A program made the translations under genes and the position numbers. From Felis catus (lineage: Eukaryota), in the NCBI RefSeq assembly GCF_018350175.1, contig NC_058368.1, positions 134,294,001 to 134,358,000 on the forward strand: a DNA stretch of 64,000 nt, in the 5' to 3' direction. Shown here piece by piece: positions 1-13,984 of this stretch. The notes under the pieces are model-generated. The model did no database searches, was not told the origin of the DNA, and saw only the letters and a list, made by a program, of their open reading frames with translations. Numbering within the stretch: the first letter of the stretch is position 1; each line of letters begins with the position of its first letter.

Positions 1-2172
1 CTAGTAACTCTCAAGACAAAAAAAAGATAAGAAAATTAGTCTTTAATAGTAAAACTTTATATATTGGAAGATTGCATTTCATAGACTTAGGACTCAGTTT
101 CTTTTGTCAGAGTTCAAGGCTCATAAATATATTCAATCCTGTGGCAGGAATGATGTATTTCTCTAGGTTATACATTGCATAGAAAAGGTTTTCAAAGCCT
201 AAATGTACTCATCAGCTTTATGTTTGTAAAATACTGGTAAAAGAAATGTGTTTTTAATTTTTTTTGGATGTTCCCAGGAGGCAAAGACCCTTCAGCTTCT
301 CATTTCAGATTCATTGGAAAGAGAAATTGGAGTCAATCATTTCCAGGAACCAGGCATCTCTATTTTTAGCCTCTGCTGATTAAGACCATGTTATCTAATA
401 GGAAGAATGTGAACCGAATGTACCTTTTTACTCCCGAACAATACTTATGGGGTTTTCATGATACTAACAGGGTATGTTCTTGAATAGATACATGGGCAGT
501 AAATCGCTCTTATTTGAGTTCACCGAGGAATGTTGTTGGATCCAGTTGGGTCAACTCTGGTGCTTCTATTTTGTGCTTTTCAAGGGAAATTCAGTTAAAA
601 TCAAGTCTTGTGTCTTTGTTTTGCTAATGTGGATCTTTCAAATTTATTCAAGTAGTAAGATGGGGATAGAGAAGAAAGTTAGTTAAGGCTAAAAAGAGAA
701 AAACAGGAAATCATAACCGATGCTTGGAATGAAGATATCGGCATCATGACCAAAGCAGATGAGCTGCAGAGAGTGAGAAATAATAAATGTGGTAGGTGGG
801 TGCTGAAGAGGGCGACAGAAGGAAAGTAATGGTGAAATTTCAGTCAAGAGCCTTGTAGAAGTGGGGAGGAGAGGGTACAGAAACAGAGGGAGATCTTCTT
901 TTAGGGAAGGGATCAGAAGTATAAATGTATCAGAAATGAGAAGGAGATAAGTTACCATTAGTAAAATAGTGATGTGCCAGAATTTGGTAACAGAGACTTT
1001 GAAGAGTAAAAATTACCTTGTTGCAAATTCAGAACTGGATTTGGCAGCGGAGACCCATGACAGTAGGAGAAAAACTAAAGGAGAAACAGCTGTTGTATAG
1101 ATTTAAATGACAAGACAGAATTAGGGGGGATGAGAGGACCCCAGGTCTTTCAAAGAAAAAGCAAAGCAGACCGCCACTTCTCTCTACATCAAGGCAGGTG
1201 GTATTCATAGAGGAAGAACCGTCTTGGAGAGGGTAGCTGAGTCATTAGGCGAAAGGCAGGTAATGGCCAAAGCACTGGGAGGAGACAGTACCTGGATCTT
1301 TCACATCTGTTGGCTACCTTAAATCTTATTTCTTCCTTTTCTCCTGAGACTCAAATTGCTCTCTCCCTTCTCTGCAGGTTCTTTAAACAATGACAACTTT
1401 AAAAGACTCCAGATGGTTTTGAAAATACTTGAAAGTCATCCAAGGTGCACTGTAGGCCTTTGTAGACACTCCATGTGGAGCCAGTCTGAAAACCCTATAG
1501 TTTTTCTGTTTGGATTATGTTTTGGGGCTGAGCTGAAGTTGCCAGAACACACACAAAAAAGTTAAGAATTAAAAATAAGCCAGCCCCAGCCCATGTGCAC
1601 TCAGCAACAAAAAGACAACATGAGTTCTTATAGTCCCATTGATTTTGGTTATGCTGTGGTCCCATTGGCTTTGTGTATCGCTCTGTACTCTACCTGGTCT
1701 TGTTGTGAGCAGAAGGCAAAGGACATAGTGACCAGTGGAATAACTCATTCCCTACTTCTTAGATATCAGTGTATCACACACTCCTTCAGTGGATTTACTG
1801 TGCTTGCATAAGAACTTTAACCCACGATGGCTTCACTGGGAATATATTAGATTCATACACTCAACCAATTTTGCCTAGTTTTTTCCAGGACTGTTGTATA
1901 GAAAGCCAATCTCAAGAATGAGCTGTGTTGAAATGACTTTAATAATAATCAGCAAGTGTAAGCAGGTATGTTTAGAAGATGGGAAGAGTGCAGAAAGCTG
2001 AATTTTAAATTCTGTTTTTCAAGGAATTAAGTGATGAAGCACTGAAAAAGCAGTGTAAGGATTGTTTAGATGTACTGGTTTCTTGGGAAGAAATAATCCA
2101 AAGTTTTAAGGTAATACCAAAACATGAGAACTCTGAAGTATAAAATTCACATGTGGATTTACATTCTGGGTA

Positions 2173-2174
<2 letters not shown>

Positions 2175-2218
<44 letters not shown>

Positions 2219-2257
2219 ATGTGTGCATGTGTGTGCATGTGTGTGTATGTGTGTGTG
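2175..2257. repeat. (TG)n microsatellite, degenerate at its 3' end
   Basis: Pure TG run followed by TGCA/TGTA-interrupted units. Confidence 0.95.
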
Positions 2258-2274
2258 TTTGAAAGAGGGAAAGA

Positions 2275-2494
2275 GGGGCGCCTGGGTGGCGCAGTCGGTT
2301 AAGCGACCGACTTCAGCCAGGTCACGATCTCGCCATCCGAGAGTTCGAGCCCCGCGTCGGGCTCTGGGCTGATGGCTCAGAGCCTGGAGCCTGTTTCCGA
2401 TTCTGTGTCTCCCTCTCTCTCTGCCCCTCGCCCGTTCATGCTCTCTCTCTGTCCCAAAAATAAAAAAAAATAAAAATAAAATAAAAAAAAAAAA
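2275..2494 (+). mobile_element. Can-SINE, young SINEC_Fc type
   Basis: GGGGCGCCTGGGTGGCGCAGTCGGTTAAGCG head, B box GAGTTCGAGCCC, (CT)n, polyA; TSD gaaagag(g)gaaaga. Confidence 0.95.
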
Positions 2495-4119
2495 GAAAGA
2501 GGAAAGAGAGGGAAAGGGAACAGAGAAGAAGAATAAAATGTCTGTTCTCTTGATGTGTTGACTGATTTATAACAAGATGATTTGTGCTAAAAATATGTTT
2601 TCTAGGCTCTCCAGCCCCTCTATCTGCAGACAGCTTGGCAGGAAGAACATGTGGGGTGGTTCTGGAAGGAGAAGGGGTGGTTAGAAAGGTCTAGGTGTTA
2701 CATGAGTGTTATTTTGATTGTGCCTAAACTTATGGGGAGGTGTTTTATTTTTAACACCATTGCAACATCAGTGTGTCTTGTAGCCAATATGTGGACAAGA
2801 GACATGAAGGATGGATGGATACTTAAAAAAACTTGTTCCATTGGTAAGGTTGACCCAGTTGAAATATACCTGGTTTAGGGTGAATTTTCAACTCCTTCCA
2901 GAGTACTAATGACAAATACCAAGATTTTAAAAATAATTCTATTCATTTAATTAAGCAAAAAATTTCACTTACATCCTCACATCACCAAGGAGGCTCTTTG
3001 CACTAAGAGATGTCATAAGAACTCCTTGCAAGAGTTGTCCGTGCATCACAGAGAGAAGGGTATTCATGATTGTGGACTATTTCTCTCCAAACCCATATCA
3101 AGAAGATTTTCAAGGGATCAAGGGCAGCTTGCAGGTTCAAAGAGAACTGAAATCACATACTGGTTATTGATAGGATACTGTTATTCATCAAGAAAGTGTT
3201 TCGACACGGAGAGTTCCGTGTGTTACACGGTCGTAAAAGTCACCAGTGACTATGCCTTTCTGAGCAACGTACCGTCTGATGGTTTGTGAATCTAAGAGTA
3301 AGAGGAAACACCACAAATTTGCTTTCAGCTTTGGTGAGGCAGGGACAGTGTTTCTCTTGCTTCAGTCGCTCGTGCTCCAACTTCGCTGTTTTTGCAACCT
3401 CTAAAATCACTTGTATTTACTATTTACTAAATATTTGCTTTAAATGGACTCAGCTGTGCTTAAATAAACTGATTTTAAGCAAAATTAAAAACAAGGAAAA
3501 TAAATCAGTGTCATTAAACTCTGGCTATGTACTGCTCTTGTCTGAGACCCTCACCTCAGTTGTGTTCTCTTCCTGTTACAAAAAGAAAACTAGCAGTGTT
3601 AGAAAGTGCTCGCCACTTTCTCTGAATTGAGATCTTCCTCTTGGAGGGAGTCTGAAGGACTAAGGGAGAATTACAAGGCACTAACAGTGTTATTTAAGGT
3701 GAAAATCCTGAATCTCTTCTAAGATTTGTAGGACGCCCAACTCTTGTCCTGACCGCCCTGGGCAGGTCTTCCGTCTCTGTGTGACTCTGGATGGAAGGGA
3801 GTGGGCTCATCACTGTGATCCCAGTTTACATGATCACATGAGTCCCTGCTAAAGCGAGATGGGTAGCCCTGCATCGGCCACCCAACCGGAACCTGCCACA
3901 GAGGTCACCACAGCAGAATGGAAAAGGGTGGCCACTGGCATGAGGCTGCCATCTTTTCCTACTTTTGCAAACTTCCTCTCCCACAGGAGTTTAGGGAAGC
4001 TTGGTTAGGATGAGATGGTCAGGAGATGAAGAAAACTGCTGATTCTTTTATGTAACATGTCTGACACCTTCCCTGACTTCTTTGTTTTAAAATAAATCCC
4101 CCCCCCACCGCCATCATAT

Positions 4120-4398
4120 TCCCTATCACCTTTTCTTGCTTTATTTGACAATGTTGCTCTTACTACCACTTAGCATCATTGTATGTTACTACCCATGGTA
4201 CCTAATAATAAGTTTACATTTGTTTCTCTCTTTGGTTTTTCGTTGATTAATTGATTGTCTCCACCACTAGAACATAAGCCTAGAGTATAGGTATCATTGG
4301 CCTCTTTTGTTTACAGCCATATCTGCAGCTGCTGGGACAGTATTGGCATATCGTAGTTGGTAAATAAATATTTGTTTAATGAATATGAATGAATGAAA
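4120..4398 (+). mobile_element. L2 3' end
   Basis: CACTAGAACATAAG...AATAAATATTTGTTTAATGAATATGAATGAATGA, typical L2 tail. Confidence 0.75.
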
Positions 4399-5304
4399 GA
4401 ACTGGCCTTCAGAAAGGAGTTAGTGAAAAAGGGTTTCAGGTCACCTATAAACATTGATAGTTGTAAAGATCAGTTGAATTATGTATGATACAAAGTGAAA
4501 AATGTTGCCTAAAGAAACGCAAACATTGGCATAGAGTTTGAGGTGACATTTTATGTGGGGAAGAGGGGGCGTCAGGCTGATGTTTTTTTTCTCCTGCCAC
4601 AGCCTATGGATGAAGTTTAGCAGCAGGTCTTCTAACAAGTATCATTGACTTGTCATGGATCATGGTAGTTGATATTCCAGATCATCTGCAATAAAGTGTT
4701 GAAATGAATCCACTAATCAGACATGAAGTCGGCATACATGTGTGCCCAGGAAGAGCCCGGACCCTTCTGGGAAGGCTCACCTGAAGCAGTGAGGCGGGCA
4801 GCAGACATTCCTTAGTGTAAGATGCACTAGATGTGATCCTCAGAATGTGACCCTGTGGGATAAATAACGGGTAAATAAAAGGAAACATAAAGGAGAGGGG
4901 AAAGTGTGGTCCAACTAGTTGGAGAGCCCCAGATTCAACAAGACCAGGTGGCCTATGGTAAGGCATTGCGAGGCCAGTGTGCTACTTTTCCCAAGTGTAT
5001 TTCATGGCCCTCTAGCCCTGGGTCCCACAGGACTGGTGATCCAACAGCCTCACTTGGGAAGCCTTGGAGTATCTCTGTGGGCTGTCAGGGAGTGCTCCTA
5101 GATGGCTTTTCCAGAATTAAACACAGATTGCTGGCTCTTTCTGGGTGAAGACAGAGTCAGAAAAGTCAAGGGCTGTCGCTCCATTTGCTGACAGACTCCA
5201 CGCAAGAGCAGACATTTTGTGTAAGAAATACATTCTTTACTGTTGCCTGATAAAATGGCTGATGTAGTAAAAAGAATAATTAGCCATGTTGCAAGCCCCA
5301 CCTT

Positions 5305-5420
5305 TCTGTGACCTTCAAGAGGTATTGATACTTTTCTGGGTCTCAGTTTCCTTCTTGTAAACAGAAAGAGTTAGTTAAGAGGTCTTTGAAGTCCCTTTCT
5401 CCACCAGCACTCAGTAATTA
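5305..5420 (+). mobile_element. MIR/MIR3 fragment
   Basis: TGTGACCTT...TCTCAGTTTCCTTCTTGTAAA core. Confidence 0.6.
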
Positions 5421-6718
5421 AATGGCTTTTGGATGTCTGTTCCAGCCCTTAGCGCTGTTTTATTCTAAAGGACAGACAGATAAGACCCAGATGAGGGAAG
5501 AAGAGCTAATGATTTGAAGCTTGGAAGTTACTGGCTGAATAATGATTTTCATACCTAGGATGTGAAACCGTTAAAAAGCCACCTTCCCTAATGAGTCTGT
5601 AAATAGACATCTGCAGACAAAATTCAAACACCTCTGGCTTAGGGCCCAGCATATGAGAGCAGAGCTCCACGGTACTTGTTTGTGATGTTTTAATTTTTGT
5701 AGTAATTTTTTGGTTCTTTAGTGAGGACAAAAAAGAAGTTTTAATTTTTCTCATTTCTGTGTTACTTGAAATAGCATCCTTGGTCTAGAGCCAACAGGAT
5801 TCTTGAATTTTAAATCGAACCTCCAAGTGACTCAGACTTAATTGGACACACCTCTTGGCTCAGACTATTGATAATTAGTCCATTAAACATTAGGGAACTA
5901 TATACCCTCAAGTTCCCCAAATAAATGTTCCAGCAGTGGTGGGGAAGATGTAATTTATTATAATAGCTCTCCTACAGTTACCCAAGTACAGGGATAACGA
6001 TTTGCAGTGCTTTTCTCTGTATCCTTTCATTCCTGCTCTTTATCCCGCATCTCCCTATGCTTCAAACTACAAAATTCCAAGGACTGAGGGCATCTTAAAG
6101 GAGGACTGCCTCATTCCCCTCATAGGACAATGACCATACTAGAGGTGAATTCAGGGTTGGTTTTGTGACTCAAACTAGAATTGGAATTTAACGTTCTGAG
6201 TGCTACTTCTGGATTAACTGCTAATTAACAGGAGGATATAACTTGCCTGTGCCTTGGCTTTCTGGTGTAAAATAAAGGTATTAGTGTAGAAAATCTGGGA
6301 CATCTCCTCCTGTTAAGAACAAACAACAACAACAAGAAACCTTTCTTTTTGTGTCCTGGGAATGAGATTAGGAGGGGAAAGAAAGAGTCTATGAAAGACA
6401 CACAGGGAAGCAGGGAGTGGGAAGAACATGGGTTTAGTGTGGGCTCAGCTCCTTAATGGTTACTTCTGAGCAGGAAGGTAAGGGCAGGGTCCTGGGAGAG
6501 ATGATAGTAACATTCCTTTCCTAAAACCACGTAAATGGGCATCACTTGCATTGTTATTTATACATGACTTACCTTACAGGCTCTTTTTTGTCTAGCCACT
6601 ACTTGGAACACATTAAAACCAAATTAAAAATGGATAAATATGAATAATAAATAGAACAGGCTCATTAAAAACAAAAGAAATGAAGCATGCCTTACCTTTA
6701 TCACCGCACTGAATATTT

Positions 6719-6722
<4 letters not shown>

Positions 6723-6764
<42 letters not shown>
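6723..6764. repeat. (GT)21 microsatellite
   Basis: Direct reading. Confidence 0.95.
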
Positions 6765-6765
<1 letters not shown>

Positions 6766-7700
6766 TATAGTATTCTCTACCATTATGACTTCTTCTTTTT
6801 GGTCCCCCATGACGTGGCCACTGCTTGGCCATCAGGCTTCATCTCCCACCTCTCTTCCCCCAGCCCTCCTCTCTGCAATTTCAGATTCTCACACACGCTC
6901 ATGGTTGTCTTTCCACATGCAGTCATTGTGTCTGAAATGCCTCCTCTCGACCTCCTCCAAGAATCCTACCTCTTCTTTCAGTTTTATCTCAAATGCTTCT
7001 GGGAAGCTTTCTTCATCTTCCCATGGCCAACGTGGGTGCCCCTTTACCCCTACGTCAGTAGACATTATGAATCTCTGTATTGAAGTGGCTGTGTATTATA
7101 CTGATTTGCATATCAGGTTCCTGCTGGACTATACACTCTTGAAGGGAAGAAATTGAAATTTTTGTCTATCTGCAATCAGCTTGTTTCCACCTATCCATAT
7201 TCATCTGCCTCATCTGTTTCTCCATCCTTCCTCTTCATCTTTTTCAGGCATACTTCATGTCATTTAAAAGTATGGCCGGTAACTGAAACGTAGCCTGTAC
7301 GGAACAGGTCTTCACTAGTGCCAAGGAAAGGGAAGGCAGTGAGGATTTGAGCAGTGGCTGGGAAACGTACCGTATCAGCAGAGGTAAAACCTTTTGTTAT
7401 TGGGACCTGGGCTTGACATTAGGGGTGCTGAGGCCGGTGGGGGATTGGGGCAGCCAGCTTAGTCACCACTATTATTTGGGGATGGTCAAGGTGTGTTCAG
7501 AAAGTTTCTCAAAGTTGTTCCTTGGTCACTTTGGCTTTAGCTGTCACTCTCTTTTGATGGAGAAAACCCTGTTTGTTGTTACTTGTGGTTACACTGAGTC
7601 AAGTATAAAATTATTCCCATAGCACATATTCAAGTGTAGATTTACCAAGGCTGTTGGTTAACATTTAAAGTAGCTTTACCTTTCAGATTTCAGGAAAAAT

Positions 7701-7738
7701 ACACACACACACACACACACGCACACACACACACACAC
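7701..7738. repeat. (AC)n microsatellite
   Basis: Direct reading, one GC interruption. Confidence 0.9.
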
Positions 7739-10334
7739 AAACCAAAGCACACCTGATTTGTTGTTAAAGCGTTGCTTCTCTTTTTTTTCCTGAGTACTCT
7801 CCCACATTTATTTTTCATTGCTTCTCTCTATTTTAAGTCCTTTAAACCTAAAACAGTTTGCTCCTGGTGCCATTCTTTGATTCATACTATGCTATACTCT
7901 GAGAATTTCCTACGACTTCTGTGTACAAATCCTATGTATCTTTCAAGGGCTAGACTTCCTTTTCCTATCGAGTTATCCCTGGTCACTGTGGTCCTTATTG
8001 AGTTTCTGTCAGTGTTAATGACATCTAGACTGCACACACTGACTTTGCTCTCTTTCCATTCATCCTCTTCCAATTGTTCCTGGCTCATTGATGTGGGTTC
8101 ACTGGGGAGCAAGCACATTGAAACCAAGGTCCATCTTCCACATATACAGCTTCTGTACCTTTGAGCCTCAGTGTTTTGTTAAAACATGTAGTCTTCACTT
8201 AGTAAAATATACTTGATGATGTAGTTGGTAACAGGAAAATCACCCACCAAGATTAATTGCTGCTAGGATACCCAAGTTCTGGTTCAGAGTCTTAGTTTAC
8301 AAAGTACATTTTGTATCTTGTCCTCAGAGGCAAGCAAAGAGAAAAAATATGAGCGTGGCTCAACTTCTAAAATTCTCAACTTGGAAAAGTTTATGTTCTT
8401 AAAGAAAAAGGTACAAGATGAGCTGTAAGATACTCCCCTAGGCTTGCACTCTGAGATCCACTCTTTCAACGCGGAGTTCTATGAAGAACCATCCAGTGGG
8501 TAGAGGTTTACTTTGGCAGTTGAGGTGAGTTGATCATAGTGTTGCATTTCTTGGAATCACTACTCGAATTTTACATACTATTATTTTTCCTCCCCATTTA
8601 GAAAAAAGTTAGTTGCATTTCTTACTAATACTTATAAGCTTTTAAAAAGCCATCACATCAATTTTATTAACTATGTAGTGAATATGCTTTGCTTATATAT
8701 TTCCATGCACATCTTTAGTCATTTTTCTAGGGTTAGACTGCTAGAGGCAGAATTTCTGGGTCAGAGCACACAGACCTGCTTAAAGTGCATGTTTTGGAAA
8801 AAGTAAAGAAAATTATGATTTGGCATGTGATGCTGAGGGAGAGGAACATTATGGCTTGATTTTTATAGATTTTTAGCCCCTCCACCCCCCGACTCCTTTC
8901 TCTTCCTTTTTTGAACTTAATTTCCTCATTGAGTCGGTTTCCTTCACCATCCACCATAAAAGGATGCGCGTGTAGTATACTGGACCAGCCCTGTCAGGAT
9001 GCCATTTTGAATGGGATACTTTATAACTCTTGTTGATCTTTCACAATAATATTCAGGTCAGTTCAACCCAAACTGCCTTTAACATTTTCTAGAATGGTTC
9101 TTCAATTCAGGATTTCATGAAGACAGAAGTAGGATTAGTTGATGATGAATAAACCCACAATCTCATGAGAACTGCAAACTTAAGCATAGCTATTCAGAAT
9201 AATTCACAATTTACATCTATATACACAGACACACAGCTATTAATTAATAGCATACACTACTATTAATATACATTCCATTCTCACTAAAGACCTCAGTGAA
9301 AAACCCTAGTTCTATGTTTCTAAAAAAAAAGTAGTCTCGATTGTATTCCCAGCCTGAGTGCCTCTTGCTTTGCACACTCCACAATTTGCTGATTGTCCTG
9401 TGTGAACCCAACACAGTTTTCTCCCTTGAGGTCCCTGAAGTTATGGAGAATCCATCTCTGCATACATATTTGCTCAAAGTTCACTTTAACCAGGTTTGGG
9501 CATCATCAATTCCATTGCTCGGGAGCTTTTACTGTTTTCTGTGAACTCTGTGAAAATTCCTGTCTCTAATTACTTCCTAGTGAGATGTGACTTCTTGTCT
9601 TTGCGGCGGGGCTCTGCGCTTCTCTGGTTGTTTAATCTGAGTACACTGTGTTCTCTGGCTTGCTTCTCCTGGGTTCTGCCTGTGTGTGTTCTGGAGCAAA
9701 TTTTGCTTTGGTTAATCAAGAGCATAACTTCCTGATGAGAGTTTGAGCTGAAAATGGGTTTTGCCATGATGTATAAACTTGGATACCCTGACATTTACCC
9801 CTCCTCTGTGGTCCCGCGGAACCCAGGGCACATTTCTACTGTCATATTCGCTTGAATATCTCCCTCATCCACAGATTAAATTGCAAAATGTTGTGTTTTT
9901 CTTTTATCCATCCAGTATCTTTCTCAGTGGGTGTAAGATTTTGTGAAAGTATTTGTTGTTAAGATGTTGTGAAACAGTTGAAATATCTACTTAGTTATTT
10001 CTGGTCAGCATTTTGCTATTTAATCAACTCACCTCCCTTTTGTAGATTACATTTATTCAAACAATACTAAGTCTTGACTCATTGCCCAGAATGAGTTTCG
10101 GTGTGCTTGTCTCAGCCTACGGAATGCTGTCCCTGATTTGCATGTAGAAACTGTGTTTTCAGAACTAATTTAGCAACATGATGGGGCCGTAATGTTTTTT
10201 TTTTTTTTCAATTAGGAAATTTAATTTCTGTAAATAGACTTACAAAGATATAAGTATCAATTCCAATTTGGATTTCCATTCATTGTATTGTTAAGATTGA
10301 GTAAATGCATATAACGCCATGGGAATTGTGTCCA

Positions 10335-10711
10335 TAAGGATGGATGCAGTTATGCAATGATAACAAACAAACACACAAACAAATTTAGTGGTTTAAAACA
10401 GCAGCATTTATTTCTCATTCATATTACGTGTCCATTTGGCTTGCCAGGACTCTGTTTTGTATTGTTTTCACTTAAGTTTGTAGGCTGATGAAGGCTCTAC
10501 CATCTGGACCATCACCAATTCATACAGGGAAGCAGTGGTAAAGCACTAGAGGTCCTAAAGACTTCCAGAAAAAAAACACGTTATTTCAGCTTTTTGGTTA
10601 GTAGTCAAAGCAAGTCACATGGTTTTCTCAACTCCAAAGGGGTGGGGTAGCATAATTCATGTGCCCAGAAAGAGAAGAAATATTTGGTATTCAGAACTAA
10701 TGACTCCCTCA
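10335..10711 (-). mobile_element. Old MaLR LTR (MLT1J/K/L-like)
   Basis: TAGTGGTTTAAAACAGCAGCATTTATTTCTC and CAAAGCAAGTCACATGG motifs typical of MLT1. Confidence 0.65.
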
Positions 10712-11120
10712 GTTTGTATTCTAGTATTAGATATTCAGCTCACTTTCCCTCCCTCTGCCAAGTGACCTAATAATACCATTTCCAGGGAAAGGAAGACCAA
10801 CCATGGAAGTGTCATAATTTCACAAAAGGGTGTGGATGAGGCAAGTGCAGGCTGGCTGGCGAAGGCTGGGATTCTAGATTAGGAGCATCTGCTAGTAGAG
10901 CAGACGAGGGACTGAATTCCAAAGATGCACTTGGAAGTGGTAGGTCTTAAATCACTGGGCTGGTTCCTTGGGTTCAGATGGACTAGAGGTTTAAGCCAGG
11001 ATACAAGTCACATAAGCATCAATCCATCATAACCATTACCATAAATCAGAACAGAAGGAGTGTCACACACCTCTAAACATGACCAAGGAAAATTTCAGAT
11101 CGGAAAAGATGCTCATTTGC

Positions 11121-11349
11121 TTTTATTCAAATGTTTATTTATTTATTTTGAGAGAAGGAGCGAGAGAGCGAGTGAGTGAGCACGAGCAGGGGAGGGGCAG
11201 AGAGAGAGAGGGAAATAAAGAATCCCAAGCAGGCTCCACACTGTTAGTGCAGAGCCCAACTCAGGGCTCCATCTCACAAATTGTGGGATCATGACCTGCA
11301 CCAAAACCAAGAGTCAGATTCTTAACCGATTGAGCTGTTCAGGTACCCC
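11121..11349 (-). mobile_element. Can-SINE
   Basis: Antisense SINE body (GAATCCCAAGCAGGCTCC); TSD ctcatttg. Confidence 0.92.
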
Positions 11350-12203
11350 ACTCATTTGTTCTTTTTTATCCTCAGCTAAGGAGGATAGAAGAGGGTTCAT
11401 GTACATTGTTTGAAGGCAGAACATAGAACAGACTCACAGTGTACTTGTTTTGCCTTAATAAAATCTAAGAATCTTCATGGAGGCTCTTTTTATGTAAAAT
11501 AATTATTCTTAACCTTTTGTGACTCAAATATCCCATTTAGAATCTGATAATGCAATTTAATGCAGGAAGGACAGACTTCCTTGACCTAAACTTCATACTT
11601 TATACAAAAATTGACTCAAAGTGGTTCATGTAGTTATGAGTAGAGTAAAGCTATAAAACTTGTAAGAAAAAAGGTAAGTCTTTAGGATCTAGGATTAAGT
11701 GAAGAGTTCTTAAACTTGACATCAAAAGCACGATCCATAAAAGGAAAAGTTGAAAACTTGGAGCTCATCAAAATTAAAATATTTTACTCTGCAAAAGACT
11801 CAATTACGAGAATGAAAAGACAAGCTACAGACAAAGATAAAATATTTTTGCAAACCACATATCCAAAAAAGGATCAATATCTAGACTGTATAACAAATTC
11901 TCAAAATTTAACAGTGAAAACAAGCAAAAAATCCAATTAGCACATGGGCAGAAGATATGAAGACATATTTTATGAAGAGGGTGGAAAAGAAGCTCGTGAA
12001 AAGATGTTCAACATAGTCGCTTGGGAAATGCAAATTAAAACAACAATGAGATACCACGTATCAGTCAGAATGGCTAAAATAAAAAATAATGGCAACGTCA
12101 GATGCTGGAGTGGGTTCAGAGACCCTGATCCCCACACACGGATGGTGGGCACAGGGCAGCAGGTCTGATACACAGTTTGGCATTTTCTTATAAACACTAG
12201 CCA

Positions 12204-12586
12204 TGTGTGTTAGTCAGCTTGGGCCTCCATAACAAAATAGCACAGGTCAAGTGGCTCAAACAACAGAAACGTATCTTCTCATAGTGCTGGAGACCAGAAA
12301 TCCAAGATAAAGTTGTCACCTTTTGAGGCCTCTGTCCTTGGCTTGCAAATGGCTGTGTTTTCGTTGTGTGTTCACATTGTTGTACCTTGGTCTCTTTGTT
12401 ATCTGTATCTTAGTCCCCTCTTCTTAGAAGGACACGTGTCGTACTGGGTTAAGGCCCACCGGTGTGACCTCATTTTACCTTACTTACCTCTTTAAAACCC
12501 TATTTCCAACTACAGTCATATTCTGAGGTACTGGAAGTTAAGGCTCCAAATATGAATTTTAAGGAGATATGGTACCACCCAAAGTA
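12204..12586 (-). mobile_element. MaLR solo LTR (MLT1A-like) nested in L1
   Basis: TGTGTGTTAGTCAG...AACAACAGAAAC...ACAGTCATATTCTGAGGTACTGG. Confidence 0.85.
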
Positions 12587-12789
12587 TCCTGCAAGTACCC
12601 TCTAACCTAGCAATTGCACTCGAGCATTTATCTCAGAAAAAGTAAGATTTGTTTTTAAAAATTGGTACGCAAATGGTCATATCAGCTGTTTTCTATTATG
12701 AGTCAGATGGCCTTCAATGGGTAAATGGTTAAGTATGGTATATCCATAACATAAACACTACTCAGCAATAAAAAGGAATGAATTATTAA

Positions 12790-13620
12790 TTTATTTTATT
12801 TTATTTTATTTTATTTTATTTTATTTTATTTTAATTAAATTGTAGTCAACGTACAGTGCAATATTGGTTTCAGGAGTAGAATTCAGTGATTGAACACCCT
12901 GTGCTCATCCCAACAAGTGCCCTCATTAATACCCATCCCCCATCTCACCCATCCCCCACTCACTTCCCTCCATCAACCCTCCATTTGTTCTCTATCATAG
13001 AGTCTCTTGTGGTTTATTTCCCTCTCACCTCTTTTTTCCTCCCTTCCCTGTTTTGTTTCTTAAATTCCACTTATGGGTGAAATCAGGTGGTATTTGTCTT
13101 TCTCTGAGTGACTTATTTCACTGAGCATAATACACTCTAGCTCTATCTACATCATTGCAAATGGCAAGATTTCATTCTTTTTGATGGCTGATATGTATCA
13201 TATCTTCTTTATCCATTCATCAATTGATGGACATTTGGGCTCTTTCTATAGTTTGGCTGTTGTAAATAATGCTGCTGTAAATATCGGAGTGCATGTATTT
13301 GTTTGAATTAGTGCTTTTGCATCCTTTGGGTAAATACCTAATACTGCAATTGCTGGATTGTGGGGTAGTTCTATTTTCAGGGTTTTTTTTTTTGAGGAAC
13401 CTCCATACTGTTCTCCAGAGTAGTTGCACCAATTTGCATTCCCACCAACAGTGCAAGAGGGTTCCACTTTCTTCACATCCTCACTAACACCTGTTGTTTC
13501 TTATGTTGTTAATTTTAGCCATTTTGATGTCTGACGTGTGAAGTGATACCTCATCATAGTTTTGAATGTATTTCCCTGATGATGAGTGATATTGGATATA
13601 TTTTTATGTGTCTGTTAGCC
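12790..13620 (-). mobile_element. Carnivore LINE-1 3' fragment with (TTTTA)n tail
   Basis: ORF2 C-terminus [11 protein letters not shown]...[17 protein letters not shown]; carnivore 3'UTR GTGCTCATCCCAACAAGTGCCCTC. Confidence 0.92.
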
Positions 13621-13663
13621 AGACAAAATTCAATAACAGAAATCATACTATATCATTTCATGG

Positions 13664-13672
13664 GTGTGTGTA

Positions 13673-13732
<60 letters not shown>

Positions 13733-13752
13733 TATATATATATATATATATG

Positions 13753-13805
<53 letters not shown>
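13664..13805. repeat. Compound (GT)n(AT)n microsatellite
   Basis: About 110 bp of AT repeat with two GAAAT interruptions. Confidence 0.95.
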
Positions 13806-13808
<3 letters not shown>

Positions 13809-13984
13809 CTTGAAAAGATAAAATTATAGGATGGAGAATAGTGATTTCCAAAGATTAGGGATTGGGCAATAAGAAGAGGGAGGTGGTTGGGTCTATAGAA
13901 GAACAACAACATGAGGGATTCATGTGGTGATGGGAATGTTCTCTACCTTAACTGTATCAGTGTCAAATGAGCAATTTTTGTTGA

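Larger units (their letters stand above)
11570..13967 (+). mobile_element. Old LINE-1 (L1MD-like), ORF2 C-terminus and 3'UTR, interrupted by MLT1, a carnivore L1 and a microsatellite
   Basis: Decayed ORF2 peptides (LELIKIKIFYSAKD, EMQIKTTMRYH); 3'UTR CAACATGAGGGATT...GTGGTGATGGGAATGTTCT. Confidence 0.85.

Noticed and set aside
1360..1565. Good plus-strand acceptor ctctcccttctctgcag with a short ORF
   Set aside because: No convincing donor and no recognisable peptide
13543..13912. ORFs with long YIYIYI and CVCVCV runs, also at 2005-2372, 6613-7156 and 42910-43182
   Set aside because: Translations of dinucleotide microsatellites
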